Source: Octopus sinensis (taxonomy: Eukaryota). Taken from it: DNA of 64,000 nt. The translations under genes and the position numbers were made by a program. Below the pieces are notes generated by a model that saw only the letters and a program-made list of their open reading frames with translations, ran no database searches and was not told the DNA's origin. The stretch lies in NCBI RefSeq assembly GCF_006345805.1, contig NC_043002.1, forward strand, positions 32,984,001 through 33,048,000, in the 5' to 3' direction. This document shows positions 50,663 through 64,000 of the stretch, piece after piece. Each line of letters opens with the position of its first letter. Position 1 is the first letter of the stretch.

Positions 50663-51860
50663 GCATATATACATATATACATACATTTATACATACACAT
50701 ATGTATATCTATATTATAATGGGAAAAGCTGCTTATTAATTAAGTATGTAACAGTTACTAAAAGAAAGTAATTATTTAAGGATTGACCGTCTGGAAATTT
50801 TTTTATAAACTCATGTTCCAAGAAATTTCCTGTAATTTTGATTTCTGAAGATTATTGAAGTAATTTGGTTGGTATGGCTGTTTGAAACGCTATAACCCTT
50901 ACAATAAAAACTACGTGATCACTGCTATTTCTAGCACACTAAACGTAGTTGGGTTACCTTGAAGTTTGTTTAAATTAGAGATATATTACAACTTCGATAA
51001 ATTACTGAAAAAATATTTACTAAGCAATTGAGCTTTTTTTTTATATAAATTGAAGTTTCCAGGAAAATTTACTCTCTGAACTTCCTTTTTATTATTGAAT
51101 ATTTCAAGTTCACAAATTTAAATATTCGGTACAAGATTGTTTTGAACGAGCTTTTATTTATACTATTTTTTCATTTCATGTTTATTTCATTCATTGTTTG
51201 CAATGTTCTCTCTCCCACCTGTAATTGTTTTCATTAATAATAATTTACTTAATATATATTCATTGCAATTTTTTCATTTCAAGTTTTATTTCGTTATTTC
51301 AGATGAGGAAATCAGATATTTTGTTGACTTAAATTCGCTATGTAAATGCCTTCAGTGTATTGTTTATACATACTGAAAAAAATTAAATTGGACAACTTAT
51401 CAAAACTTCCTGAAACTTCGAACTCATGTGACTTATTTCCTTTCCGTCGTTATCTAAAAATTATCAAGTGAATTTGTTGCTATGCCTATTTGATATGCTA
51501 TAGGTATTAAAATATCTCTATGTGATCGCTGCTATTTTTTTTGCGCACTAAACGTAGTTGGACTACCTTGATGTTTGTTTAAAAAAGAGAGTTATGACTG
51601 TGATAAAATAATGAAAGCAATATTTACTAAGCAAGTGAGCACTATTATACAAAGAAATAATTAGAGGTAAAATATTAAAAATTATTAGAAATTGGATTCA
51701 AATGTGAAAATATTAACAAGTGGCTAGTAAAAATACACCCCCACCCCACCCCATGTATATATATGTATATATATGTATATATGTATATATGTATATATGT
51801 ATATATATGTATATATATATATATATGTGTGTGTGTATGTGTATGTGTGTATGTGTGTAG

Positions 51861-52544
51861 ACAAAGAGAGGGCGAAAGAGCAGTTAAAGCGAAACTCCAA
51901 CGTGTTGAATGGCCGTTGTCTTTTAAATTAAACATAAAATAAAAACAAAGGGACTTTTCTCCTTGGTACGAAAATTATGTAAGGCGGGTGGAATAAATGA
52001 AGTCTATTTTATTAGTTACCATGCTCAATACAAAACTGGTTTTACAATTAATGTACAAACTAAATAAATCAATTTAGAAAAATAATTAATTTAATTTAGA
52101 AGCACATTTTCCGATCTTCAGTTGTATATACCATATACATAATTTGCTGCTATCGGCCTATTAAGTAAATTATTAGAAAGCGTGTGTGAATCTAGATGAA
52201 AAAGTATGTTTCTTCTCCCTCTCTTACTTTTTTCAATATACTAAATACCTTAGGTTACGAATTGATGTGGATAAATGAAAGTAAATGTATTTTATAGTTA
52301 TTATATATTTTTTAAATATGGTATATACAACTGAAGATAGGAAATTTTTTTAATTTTTAAAAATTGATTTTGTACATTAATCGTGAAACAAGTTTTATAT
52401 TGACTTCATTTATTCCGCCCGCCTTACATCATTTTCATACCAAGAAGAAATGTCCGTTTATCTTTATTATATTTTTATTTTAAAAAGCAACGACCATTCA
52501 ACTCGTTGGTGTTTGGCTTTAGCCGCTCTTTCTCCCTCTCTTTG

Positions 52545-52545
<1 letters not shown>
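51861..52545. mobile_element. Fold-back element with ~230-275-bp inverted arms, in TA/TG microsatellite
   Basis: 51861-52136 pairs with 52316-52545, e.g. tgtaaggcgggtggaataaatgaagtc vs gacttcatttattccgcccgccttaca. Confidence 0.8.
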
Positions 52546-52610
<65 letters not shown>

Positions 52611-53297
52611 GTATAATTTGCCGCTATTGTATGTGGATATTAAATTATATTTTGAACTTTAGACATCTCCATTTTTATAATTGTTTATAGCGTTTTATAT
52701 AAGATTTTATCTTATACATACCTATAACGAACTTTTGACTTATATATATATATATATATATACAACGAGTTTCTTTCAGTTTCCGTCTACCAAATCTACT
52801 CACAAGACTGGTCGGTCCGAGGCTATAGAAAATGATACTTGCCCAAGGTGACAGTGGAACTGAATCATGTTGTTGGAAAGCAAGTTTCTTACCTGACAGC
52901 TACGTCTACATACATTTAGAAATCAACGTGGCGCCGAACAGAAAAAAAAGACAACACGGAAGTGCAAAATTTTAACAAATGTATTTAATGTGTGGCATTC
53001 ACTTAGGTCGACTCTGCAATACGGATTTAAAGATTACTTCAAATATTTCCTTCTGTAGCTAGATAATTAGGCGTAAAATAGTGACAAGGGTGTAGCCATT
53101 ATCATGGAAAATACCGTGCACGTGTCTAAGAGCGTGCAGTCCATTTATTAGTCGTATAATGCATGTGCTTCATTTGGTGGGCAAGTCATATCTTTTGTGG
53201 GGATGGTTGGTTCCCGTCGTATCGTATAACACAGGGAGTGTCTGATTTCGTGTGGAGAGCATGAAGGGCATGAGTTAATATGTGTATGTGTGTGTGT

Positions 53298-53352
<55 letters not shown>

Positions 53353-53581
53353 TGTACGTGTGTGCGTACGTGGTACTGCTAGTATTTGTTGTTGCTTGGG
53401 TTGGGCAACTCAAATTCAGCAGATTTATAAATATCACGTTTTTTATTTTATTCAGACAAATCATGATGGTGTTAATGTCAAGATGAAGTCAAACGACACT
53501 CTATTTCCCAGACATTTTCACACACATGATATACAGCAGTCGTACATACAAACATACATCATACATACACATATACATACA

Positions 53582-53627
<46 letters not shown>

Positions 53628-53700
53628 TATATATAATATATATATGCATATATATATATATATGCATATATAATATATATGCATATATATATGCATATAT

Positions 53701-53731
<31 letters not shown>

Positions 53732-53732
53732 T

Positions 53733-53810
<78 letters not shown>

Positions 53811-54115
53811 GAGAGAGGCGCAATGGCCCACTGGTTAGGACAGCGGACTCGCAGTTGTAGGATCGTTGTTTCGATTCCCAGACCGGGCGTTGTGAGTGTT
53901 TATTGAGCGAAAACACCTAAAGCTCCACGAGGCTCCGGCAGTGGGTGGTGGCGATCCCTGCTGTACTCTTTCGCCACAACTTTCTCTCCCTCTTTCTTCT
54001 GTTGGCCTGCTTGCTTAGCCAGCTAAGGCTAAAACAATGCGAAGTGCGTTGTGACCAGCGATGTGTAGCAACATCTGATAGCCTGGTCGCTCACGGTGAT
54101 CACGATGATATATAC

Positions 54116-54197
<82 letters not shown>

Positions 54198-54215
54198 ATG
54201 TATATATATATATAT

Positions 54216-54256
<41 letters not shown>

Positions 54257-54906
54257 CCCACTGTTACTTTAGCGACATCTATAAATTAGCCTTTAGCTTG
54301 TTAAATTGCTAATAAGACACCCATATTATTTATAGTTTTAACTTCTACTGTTTTTGAAATCAGTACAGTTTTCAACAGTTTTTCTTATAAGTCGACGAGC
54401 GGCGTTCGCCACTGACGAGAATTTATCAAAATTCTAAATGCATCCAATTCTAAATCACGTGATATGACTATCGCTGCGACAGTAGGAAGCTTTGTCTCCC
54501 TTATCACCTTATTAAGATACTGCTCTTATAGCTAATGAGTTGCTTCGACTCTTATTTCTAGCAATGCTGGTACCACTTTGTACCCTCTAACATTTTAGTG
54601 ACATCTGTAAATTTGCCTTTAGGTTGTTAAATTGCTAATAAGCCACCTATATTATATATATATATATGCATACATACATATATACATACATATATCTACA
54701 TACATACATATATACATACATACATATATACATACATACATACATACATGCATGCATGCATATATATATTATATATATTATATATATATTATATATATAA
54801 TATATATATATATAAAAGACTTTTGCTATTCCTGAGCGTTATACTAATACATCTGTTTGTTTTGTACACCACCTGTCTTCGTCTTTTGTTTATTTCATAA
54901 TTCTCC

Positions 54907-54955
<49 letters not shown>

Positions 54956-54982
54956 CATATATTATATAATATATATATATAA

Positions 54983-55018
<36 letters not shown>

Positions 55019-55334
55019 TGTATGTATGTATGTATGTATAATTGAAAAATTTTAGAGTCAACAAGAGGGAGTGCAGAAGCGGTTGCATAATCAAGTACCT
55101 GCACGCCTGGAGAACTACGTTGCGTAGAAACAATTGTAGTGAATGAAATATGTGTCCAGCCGTACTACTTGTTGTGGACTCCAATTTTTTTTTCAGTTAT
55201 CTATTCACACACGACAGAAACACAAACGCAGACCTACATGTATGTATAATACTACTACTGGGTAGCACAGGATGATATCTGGAGGTGGACGAACTTTGTA
55301 CTGTATTCTACTATGATCTTAACAGAATATACCA

Positions 55335-55380
<46 letters not shown>

Positions 55381-55902
55381 ACATCAGGAAATCAGTATTA
55401 GCAAATTCTTCAGAAAAATATATACGTTTCTAAAATAATTGTTGTATTAAAATATAAATATGTATAAAAATATATCTAAATATGAATAAGTATAAATTCT
55501 AAATGCATCAAATTCTAAATGCAAGTACTATCCAAACACGGACAGGTGTCGCAAAGAGTGACCGGTAGAGCGGAAATGGCGCGAGACCGGGGTGCCATTG
55601 TGTATATATATATACATACATACGTATACAGAGATGGAAATAAGTTTAATAAAAATTTATTAATACACTGGTAAGACCTAGAATTCAGTCAAGAATTTGA
55701 ACAATTGCAGGTCTTGTGAATGTATTAATAAATTTTTATAAATAAATTTTTATTGATCTTATCCCGATCTTCTCTCCTGGTTTTTATAATAAAATATATA
55801 TATGTGTGCGCCCATATTTTATAGATATTCAGCCAATCTAATCTTGGATATTTTTATCCCTCTGGGGTATATATATATATCCTCACTTGTACATTAGAGA
55901 TA

Positions 55903-55962
<60 letters not shown>

Positions 55963-55964
55963 TG

Positions 55965-56006
<42 letters not shown>

Positions 56007-56009
56007 CAA

Positions 56010-56267
56010 GAACTCTCCCGTCGTTAGACGGCGTATGAAGCTTCACACAGGTTTAATGTTTATAGCGATCAAATGGTTGTGTAAACATAAACCTACTCCC
56101 TCCATCAAATCGACATTACCTGTACAGGTGTACCATGTACAGGATTGCAGATCGACGTGAAATGAAGTGCTTTCTTCAAGACCACAACGCAACGCATGGT
56201 CTGAGAATCGAACGCAAGATCTCACAATCGTGAACGGGACACTCTAACCACTACGCCATGCGTCTTC

Positions 56268-56270
<3 letters not shown>
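56010..56270 (-). mobile_element. tRNA-derived SINE, degenerate
   Basis: Minus strand tggcgtagtggttagag..gttcgattctc, followed by a CORE-like segment. Confidence 0.65.
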
Positions 56271-56312
<42 letters not shown>

Positions 56313-56666
56313 TGTGTGTGTGTGTAGCCTAATTGGATATTTTGTTACAACGCCGAATACTGCGGTATTGCAGTATATACCTTGAGAAGCCCACTCATAT
56401 AGAAGCATAGTGCATAAATATACTACATAAATCGGTGCTATGGGCACCGAAACCAGCCAGGTCACATGCGGTTATATGAGAGGATCTCCCAAGGCAAATA
56501 TCGCAGTTTTCTGTGTTCTAACCACGTTAAGTTGGTTATAAAGACCGTCTTTTCATATAAATACTGCTTCTGTTGTTAGCTACTTAAAATTTCCGTACTT
56601 GAAAACTCACTATAACTTTATATATCGTTGGCGGTGATATTTGACTGGTAATCGGCGTCAGGGCGC

Positions 56667-56712
56667 CTGTTCCTGAAGAGAAGCAGTACGTCGAAATCAC
56701 ACGATCTGGCAG
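56667..56712 (+). ncRNA. Degenerate minimal type-I hammerhead motif
   Basis: CUGUUC-CUGAAGA-GAAG(CAGUA)CGUC-GAAAUC(ACAC)GAUC/UGGCAG. Helices I and II each have one mismatch. Confidence 0.4.
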
Positions 56713-56928
56713 TTTCAGCACCGTTGCCAGACGACTCTCGTCTGCGAACGGTATACATATGCTTGCTTTAATGCATCATGTGTCTATATGAGTGAGCATC
56801 TCAAGATGTGTACCTCAATATTCGGTGTTTTAACAAAACATCTATGTTAGGTTAGATATAAAGATTACTGCTTGGTATTAGTAAAGCTTCTGTCGCTAAT
56901 AATTATGTGTACGTGTGCGCGTGTCTGC

Positions 56929-56959
<31 letters not shown>

Positions 56960-57375
56960 TGTGTGTGTGTTGTGCTTGTATGGAGGCGCAATGTCTCAAT
57001 GGTTATGGCAGTGGACTCGCGGTCGTAGGATCTCTGCTTCGATTCCCAGACCGGGCGTTGTGAATATTTATTGAGCGAAAACACCCAGATCTCCACGAGG
57101 CACCGGCAGGAGTTAATGGCGAACCTTGCTGTACTCTTTCACCACAACTTTCTCTCAGTCTTTCTTCCTGCTTCTGTGGTACCTGTATTTCAAAGAACCA
57201 GCCTTGTCACACTTTGTGTCACGCTGAATCTCCCCGAGAACTACGTTATGGGTATACGTGTCTGTGGCGTGCTCAGCCCCTTGCACGTTAATTTCACGAG
57301 CAGCCTGTTGCGTTGATCGGATCAAAGGGAACCCTCGTCGTCGTAACCAACGGAGTGCCACGTTAATATATATAT

Positions 57376-57754
57376 ACTAGCAGTATCGCCCGGTGTTGCT
57401 CGGGTTTGTAAGTGAAATAACTATATAAGCATTTTTAGAGATGTAAAGTATAATAGCCATCTCAATATAGCTAACCACAAAGGAGGGGAGTGTTACTGTA
57501 GCTTTTTACGTTCTGAGATTTAATAATAAATTTTTAGAGAGTTACTTCCCTTATATATGCCAAAAATGCATTAAAAATGGGAGAAACTGATGGTAAATTA
57601 TTTTTAAAATCGTAGACTCATCGTAGGGCTTGATATGAATCACGACTATAAGATGTCCGGTTTTGGTTAAACTGCACCACAAAATGTGGGAGTAGTTAGG
57701 AATCTAAATCGTAGGAGACAGACAGCACACAACCTCACTTTTATATCTAAAGAT
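57376..57754. mobile_element. Helitron/Helentron-associated non-autonomous element (DINE-1-like architecture)
   Basis: One end is actagcagtatcgcccggtgttgctcgggt (CTAG + GC hairpin); the other is cacttttatatctaaagat. Confidence 0.55.
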
Positions 57755-57943
57755 ATAGTGAGGGCTTATTAAATCGGGCAAAATATTTCATAAGCCCTCT
57801 GTTGGCACACCAGGGTAACAATATTGGTTAGACTAGAAAAATACCAAGTAATCTTCGGTAGGGTCCCAGGTTATGGTTCATCACAATTCTATGTTGTAAA
57901 TCCATGGATGGGCTCCAGCGAAACTAGTTTTTAAACAGAATGA

Positions 57944-58372
57944 TATATAAGAAACAAGTTAAAAATAATGGTCATCACATATGATTCCTTTATTTGAGCA
58001 AATTTGGCTTACAGCTGTTTCCAGTAGTCATTATAAGTACATTATTGATAGCTTTACTTAATCGGTTTATTGATCAATTGAGACATATTGAATGACCTAA
58101 GAATATTAAGGCTACTTTCGTCAGAGCCATTTCTGGCTATACAAGCAGAGCATTGGAGAAAGTACTCTGCTTGCTATATCCAGAAATAGCTCTGACGAAA
58201 GTAGCCTTAATCTTCCTAGGTCGTTCAATTTGCCTCAGTTTATCTATAGACCAGTTGCATGAATCTACCAGTAGTGTGCCTATAATGACTACTGGAAACA
58301 GTTGTAAGCCAAATTTGCTCATATAATGGAATCATATGTAATGACCATTATTTTTAACTTGTTTCTGATATA
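57944..58372. mobile_element. 429-bp near-perfect palindromic element with a hammerhead motif on each strand
   Basis: The arms pair continuously up to a <=14-nt central loop (58151-58164). Hammerheads at 58001-58133 (-) and 58184-58316 (+). TA flanks. Confidence 0.85.
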
Positions 58373-58377
58373 CATAT

Positions 58378-58408
<31 letters not shown>

Positions 58409-58797
58409 TCTATATACATATATATAAATATCACCGTGATCACCGTGACCGACCAGGCTATCAGATGTTGCTACACATCGCTGGTCACAATGCACTTCGC
58501 ATTGTTTTAGCTTTCAAATGACGCCACCCCGCTGGCTAAGCGAGCAGGCCAACAGAAGAAAGAATGAGAGAAAGTTGTGGCGAAAGAGTACATCAGGGAT
58601 CGCCACCACCCCTGCCGGAACATCGTGGAGCTTTAGGTGTTTTCGCTCAATAAACACTCACAACGCCCGGTCTGGGAATCGAAACCGCGAACCTACGACC
58701 GCGAGTCCGCTGCCCTAACAACTGGGCCATTGTGCCTCCACACACACACACACACACACACCACACACACACACACACCACACACACACACACACAC

Positions 58798-58841
<44 letters not shown>

Positions 58842-58895
58842 TGTGTGTGCGTGTGTATGTATGTATATACCTTCTACATATATATATATATATAT

Positions 58896-59310
58896 ATTTC
58901 TTTACTGCCCACAAGGGGCTAAACATAGAGGGGACAAACAAGGACAGACAAAGGGATTAAGTCGATTACATCGAGCCCAGTGCGAAACTGGTACTTTATT
59001 TATCGACCCCGAAAGGATGAAAGGCAAAGTCGACCTCGGCGGAATTTGAACTCAGAACGTAACGACAGACGAAATACCTATTTCTTTATTACCCACAAGG
59101 GGCTAAACATATAGGGGACAAACAAGGACAGACATAGGTATTAAGTCGATTACATCGACCCCAGTGCCTAACTGGTACTGAATTTATCGACCCCGAAATG
59201 ATGAAAGGCAAAGTCGACCTCGGCGGAATTTGAACTCAGTACCTAACGGCAGACGAAATACCGATAAGCATTTCGCCCGGCGCGCTAACGTTTCTGCCAG
59301 CTCGCCGCCT
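58896..59310 (-). mobile_element. SINE family A multimer (one head + two bodies)
   Basis: Same gaaatac|ctatttc junction at ~59078. The head is at 59265-59310. Confidence 0.9.
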
Positions 59311-59673
59311 TATATGTGTGTGTGTTTAGTTTCATTTTTCATGGACAGGTGTTGCAAAGAGTGACCGGTAGAGTGGAAATGGCGCGGGACCGGCGTGTCA
59401 TTGCCGAGCCGGATGTGTGGACGGATCAGCTTGCTAAAAAAACCACACCCAACAAATATGAATGACTAGGTGTTATTTCAGTCTATAACTGCAAGAATGA
59501 CAAGTAAATAAAACTTGACCAGATTTGAATATTAAATTTAGAGTGCAATCTAAATATCATGTGGTATTTATTTGACACTTCTGTATTCCACAATTATTAA
59601 TCCAATCATAATATTAAGTTAAAAAACATTTATTCATCATCAAATCAATGTCTGCAATTACATTAATATTATA

Positions 59674-59730
<57 letters not shown>

Positions 59731-59745
59731 ATATATATATTAATT

Positions 59746-59985
59746 TTAAGTCCTCAACATTCGATAGTTTGTTACCATTGAAACTATAACGACACATAAA
59801 ATGTGTGTCACAGGAATTCTGAGCCTCTCCCCATTGTTTCCATAATTACAGTTAGTTGCGTTACAGCACATGGTACAGTCCACTTTTAATACACCAAAGA
59901 GGTACCTTTTACATCCAGGTATACAGCTGTCGATACATTCGCGAGTTATTTTCGTAATCCTCTTAAACATACTGCTCGTCTTCAC
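59746..59985 (-). CDS. Terminal exon of a Ly6/uPAR (three-finger, Quiver-like) GPI-anchored protein
   Basis: tttcag|GTG..: VKTSSMFKRITKITRECIDSCIPGCKRYLFGVLKVDCTMCCNATNCNYGNNGERLRIPVTHILCVVIVSMVTNYRMLRT*. It has the CCxxxxCN motif, an NAT sequon and a hydrophobic C-terminal tail. Confidence 0.8.
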   Translation of the reverse strand: MKTSSMFKRITKITRECIDSCIPGCKRYLFGVLKVDCTMCCNATNCNYGNNGERLRIPVTHILCVVIVSMVTNYRMLRT

Positions 59986-60307
59986 CTGAAATATAATTTA
60001 TGCAATTTAATTTTTTTTTAAAGTTAATTAAAAAAACTTAAATAAAAATAAGAGCAATGACCACGAAACTTTTATTAACTGAAAAAGTAACCATTAATTT
60101 ATTTATTCAAAACCGTAAGCGCATCGGGGGAAATGCCACACGTTGGTTGTTTCGAATTTTTACGCTCTGAGTTACTATGCTTTTCATCGCTCCGAGGTCG
60201 ATAAAATTAAACAAGTGCTTGAGTCGATATCAGCGATTAACCTTACCCTCTCCTTAAAATTGCTAGCATAATGCCTAAGTTAGAAATTATTATTATCATT
60301 GTTGCTA

Positions 60308-60367
<60 letters not shown>

Positions 60368-60399
60368 CATCATTATTATTATCATTATTATTATTATTA

Positions 60400-60445
<46 letters not shown>

Positions 60446-60533
60446 CATCATCATCATCATCATTATTATTATTATCATTATTATTATTATTATTATTATT
60501 AATATTATTATCATTATTATTATTATTATTATT

Positions 60534-61086
60534 GAGTGAGAGAGCAGTTCATGCCATCAAAGTGACACTGGGGTAAAATATACGAAGCCCAATATACCCA
60601 TCATGACTACCCGTCTGATAAAGGTACACCAGGCACATGCATCACAACCATATGTGCGCGACATGGTGATCTCATATCAAGATAAACAGCACATGACCTT
60701 GCAGGTGGGGCCCAGTTAGAATTTTCTTCATTTTGAGTAGCCCATCCTGCTCAAACGGTCCCTGAATAAGGGTTGTTTAAGGATGTTGAAAGAACCACCC
60801 ATGTTTCCAGAGGTGAACTATTCAAACCCCAAAGAATCCCTCTCAACACATGGCTATGATGCTCCCCCACTACTTTGCTCGTGATCAGAGATGCACATAT
60901 CGTCAGCCACTAAGGGACATGCTCAACTGGTTAAGGTCAAACAACTGACAAGCAAATCTGTGGTATTGAGCAGAATATTTGCTGTAGCCCATCTTTTATA
61001 CCAAGACAAAACAATGTACATGATAACACTTCCAATCAGTTAAGATCAGAAGCCATGAGAGCCACTGCCTGGTACTGCATCAGGGC

Positions 61087-61087
<1 letters not shown>
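60534..61087 (-). mobile_element. ~555-bp non-coding element in (TTA)n, copy 2
   Basis: Flanked by (TTA)n on both sides; near-identical to 62346-62900. Confidence 0.9.
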
Positions 61088-61165
<78 letters not shown>

Positions 61166-62246
61166 TATTATTATTTCTAGTTTCGCTGAATCAGAATTTA
61201 ATATTTAAAAAAGAGCAGCTATATTTGATTGAATCGACTACAAGTTAACCTCAGAAGAATTGAGCTGCAAAGGAAAATAATGAAAGAGAAGATGGTTACC
61301 GATACACATATATATACATAAAATGATATATCAAAATGACACAAGGCCACACATACGACGTGAGATGGAGTATAGTCGATCGAATTAGCATTTATTACTT
61401 TTGTATTGTCTCCGCTCTTTTTGCTGGTAAATCTCTTCATGGTACCTACCAACATCTAGGTTAGGTGAGTCAGTAAGAGTTGATTTAATCAGTAATTTGG
61501 CGCAACAACACAGGTAAGAGTAACAAAAGCATTATCGACCGTAATAGATCAACCAGTGGCAGCTCTCACATGGGTTTATTACTACTGGTTGTTATTGATT
61601 TGTTTATCTTCTAATAGTCTAATCGATAGCATTCAATAGTTATTAGCCGGTGTTAAACGTTCTAAGCAATATAGATCAAATTATGATTAATTATTTAGTA
61701 TTTTTGATTTCACTTCAGCAAAGGTAAGATCCAGTACAAAGTATTCCACGTGAAATTGATTGCTTAAACATTTTATATATTATTATGATTATTAACAAAG
61801 GCAATCAGTTGGTCAAATTGGTTGAACGTCAGGGAAAAATATGCTCTGCAGTATTTTAGTTCAAATCCCACCAGGATCAACTTTGCGTTTCCTTCTTTTC
61901 GGATCGATAAAATAAAGTTCCAGATCAGTACTGAGGTCGATGATATCGACTAACACCTTCCCATTAAAATTGCTGACCATGTGCCTAAATCAGAAGCCTT
62001 TAAAGGCGATGAGCTGTCAGAATTATTAGAGCGTCGGAAGAAACGCCTTGGGGTATCTGTCCGGGTTCTTTATATTCTATTCAAGTACTGTCGAGCTCCG
62101 CTTTGCCGTTCATCCTTCCGCGGTTGATATAACATGTGGTAATCAAATGCTCTGTTGATGGTATCGACTAACTTTTTCCCGTTAAAATTACTGGCCTTGT
62201 ATCTGAGTCAGATCATTACGTCTTTGTTGTTGTTGTTGTTGTTCTT

Positions 62247-63030
<784 letters not shown>

Positions 63031-63069
63031 ACAATAATAATAATAAAGAAATCATTAGTATTATTACTA

Positions 63070-63100
<31 letters not shown>

Positions 63101-63368
63101 CATTATTATTATTATTATTATCAAAGTGACGAGCTGGCAGAACCGTTAACATGTCGGACAAAATGCTTAGCGACATTTTTTCTGCCTATGACTTCTAAGT
63201 TGAAATTCCGCCGAGGTTGATTTACCTTTAATCCTTTCGGGGCCAAAAAAATAAGCACCAGTTAAGCACTGGTGTTGATGTAAGCTATAAAAACTTCCCC
63301 AAAAATTCCAAGAAGCCTTGTACCTACAGCAGAAGGAATTATTACAATTGTTGATGTTGATGATGACG

Positions 63369-63403
<35 letters not shown>

Positions 63404-64000
63404 CTTCTTCTTCTTCTTCTTCTTCTTCTTCTTCTTCTTCTTCTTCTTCTTCTTCTTCTTCTTCTTTTTCTTCTTCTTCTTCTTCTTCTTACTGCTGCTG
63501 CTGTAACTGTTTTTGCTATTTTGCAGTGTGGATTGGTAAAATTTTTAGAGCGTCAGAGAATAAGACTTGTGGTACTTAGTTACGATACTTTACTTTGTTC
63601 AAATTATGTCGAGGTCGACTTTGCTTTTCATTTTTCCCGATTCGATAACACAAATTAAAAGTCATGTATTCGGTCAATATAATCGGTCATTACCTCCTCT
63701 CACATCTGCTGACGTTGTGTCTAAATTAGAACCTATCAGTTATAATACCTTATTTCATTTCTATTCTGTTATAGTGTAATCGTAGGTAGAAGGAAGACAG
63801 AAGGTAGAAATAAGTAGCTTCAGAGATGATGAGGAGAATGGAAACATAAGATGTTAAGGTGAGATGAAATGAAAATTGATAGGCGAACAAAAATGAGGGA
63901 GGAGTAAAAGAGGGAGAAAAATCAGGAAGGAAAATAAAGAAAGAAAAGCAAATAACGAAAGGGAGATAGAATGTTAGAGAATATTTAAAGACTTTAAAAG

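Noticed and set aside
50880-51640. ~130-bp direct repeats (also 54255-54330 vs 54590-54650)
   Set aside because: Old, diverged AT-rich local duplications with no TSD, PBS or other LTR hallmarks.
52318-52545. CUGAAGA..GAAA in the 52-kb fold-back
   Set aside because: No helix II or III; the apparent helix I is mostly TA-repeat pairing.
54412-54450. CUGACGA-GAAUUU(AUCA)AAAUUC-UAAAUGCAUC hammerhead-like string
   Set aside because: G12 is replaced by U and there is no helix I pairing.
61219-61455. Possible upstream exon of the Ly6 gene
   Set aside because: It lacks the expected Cys pattern and a clear phase-0 donor.

Overview
Eukaryotic, very repeat-rich genomic DNA. The SINE families and dense (TA)n/(CA)n/(TTA)n microsatellites suggest an octopus or other cephalopod (inference from recalled repeat families, not a database hit). 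Only three host exons are supportable. Two are + strand exons of an NK-like (ANTP-class) homeobox gene most like Abox/ceh-19 (38664-38758, 47104-47311); its first homeodomain exon was not found in the window. The third is the terminal exon of a convergent, GPI-type Ly6/uPAR (three-finger) gene on the - strand (59746-59985). The rest is mobile DNA: a head-to-tail train of Tx1/L1-type elements, a near-complete CR1-group LINE with an unusual Myb/SANT + 4xCCCH ORF1, RTE, R4/Dong, Tc1/mariner, hAT and Helentron-like remnants, several tRNA-derived SINE families, and a 25-copy ~183-bp satellite built from one SINE body. The most striking unannotated signal is a set of type-I hammerhead ribozyme motifs read by eye: 23.6k, 32.6k x2, 33.5k x2, 40.5k, 41.0k, 56.7k and 58.0-58.3k. 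They include a 429-bp near-perfect palindrome with one hammerhead on each strand and a recurring non-canonical A/G-flanked helix II. Most short ORFs in the track are microsatellite or repeat artefacts. All folds and alignments were done by eye and need computational confirmation.
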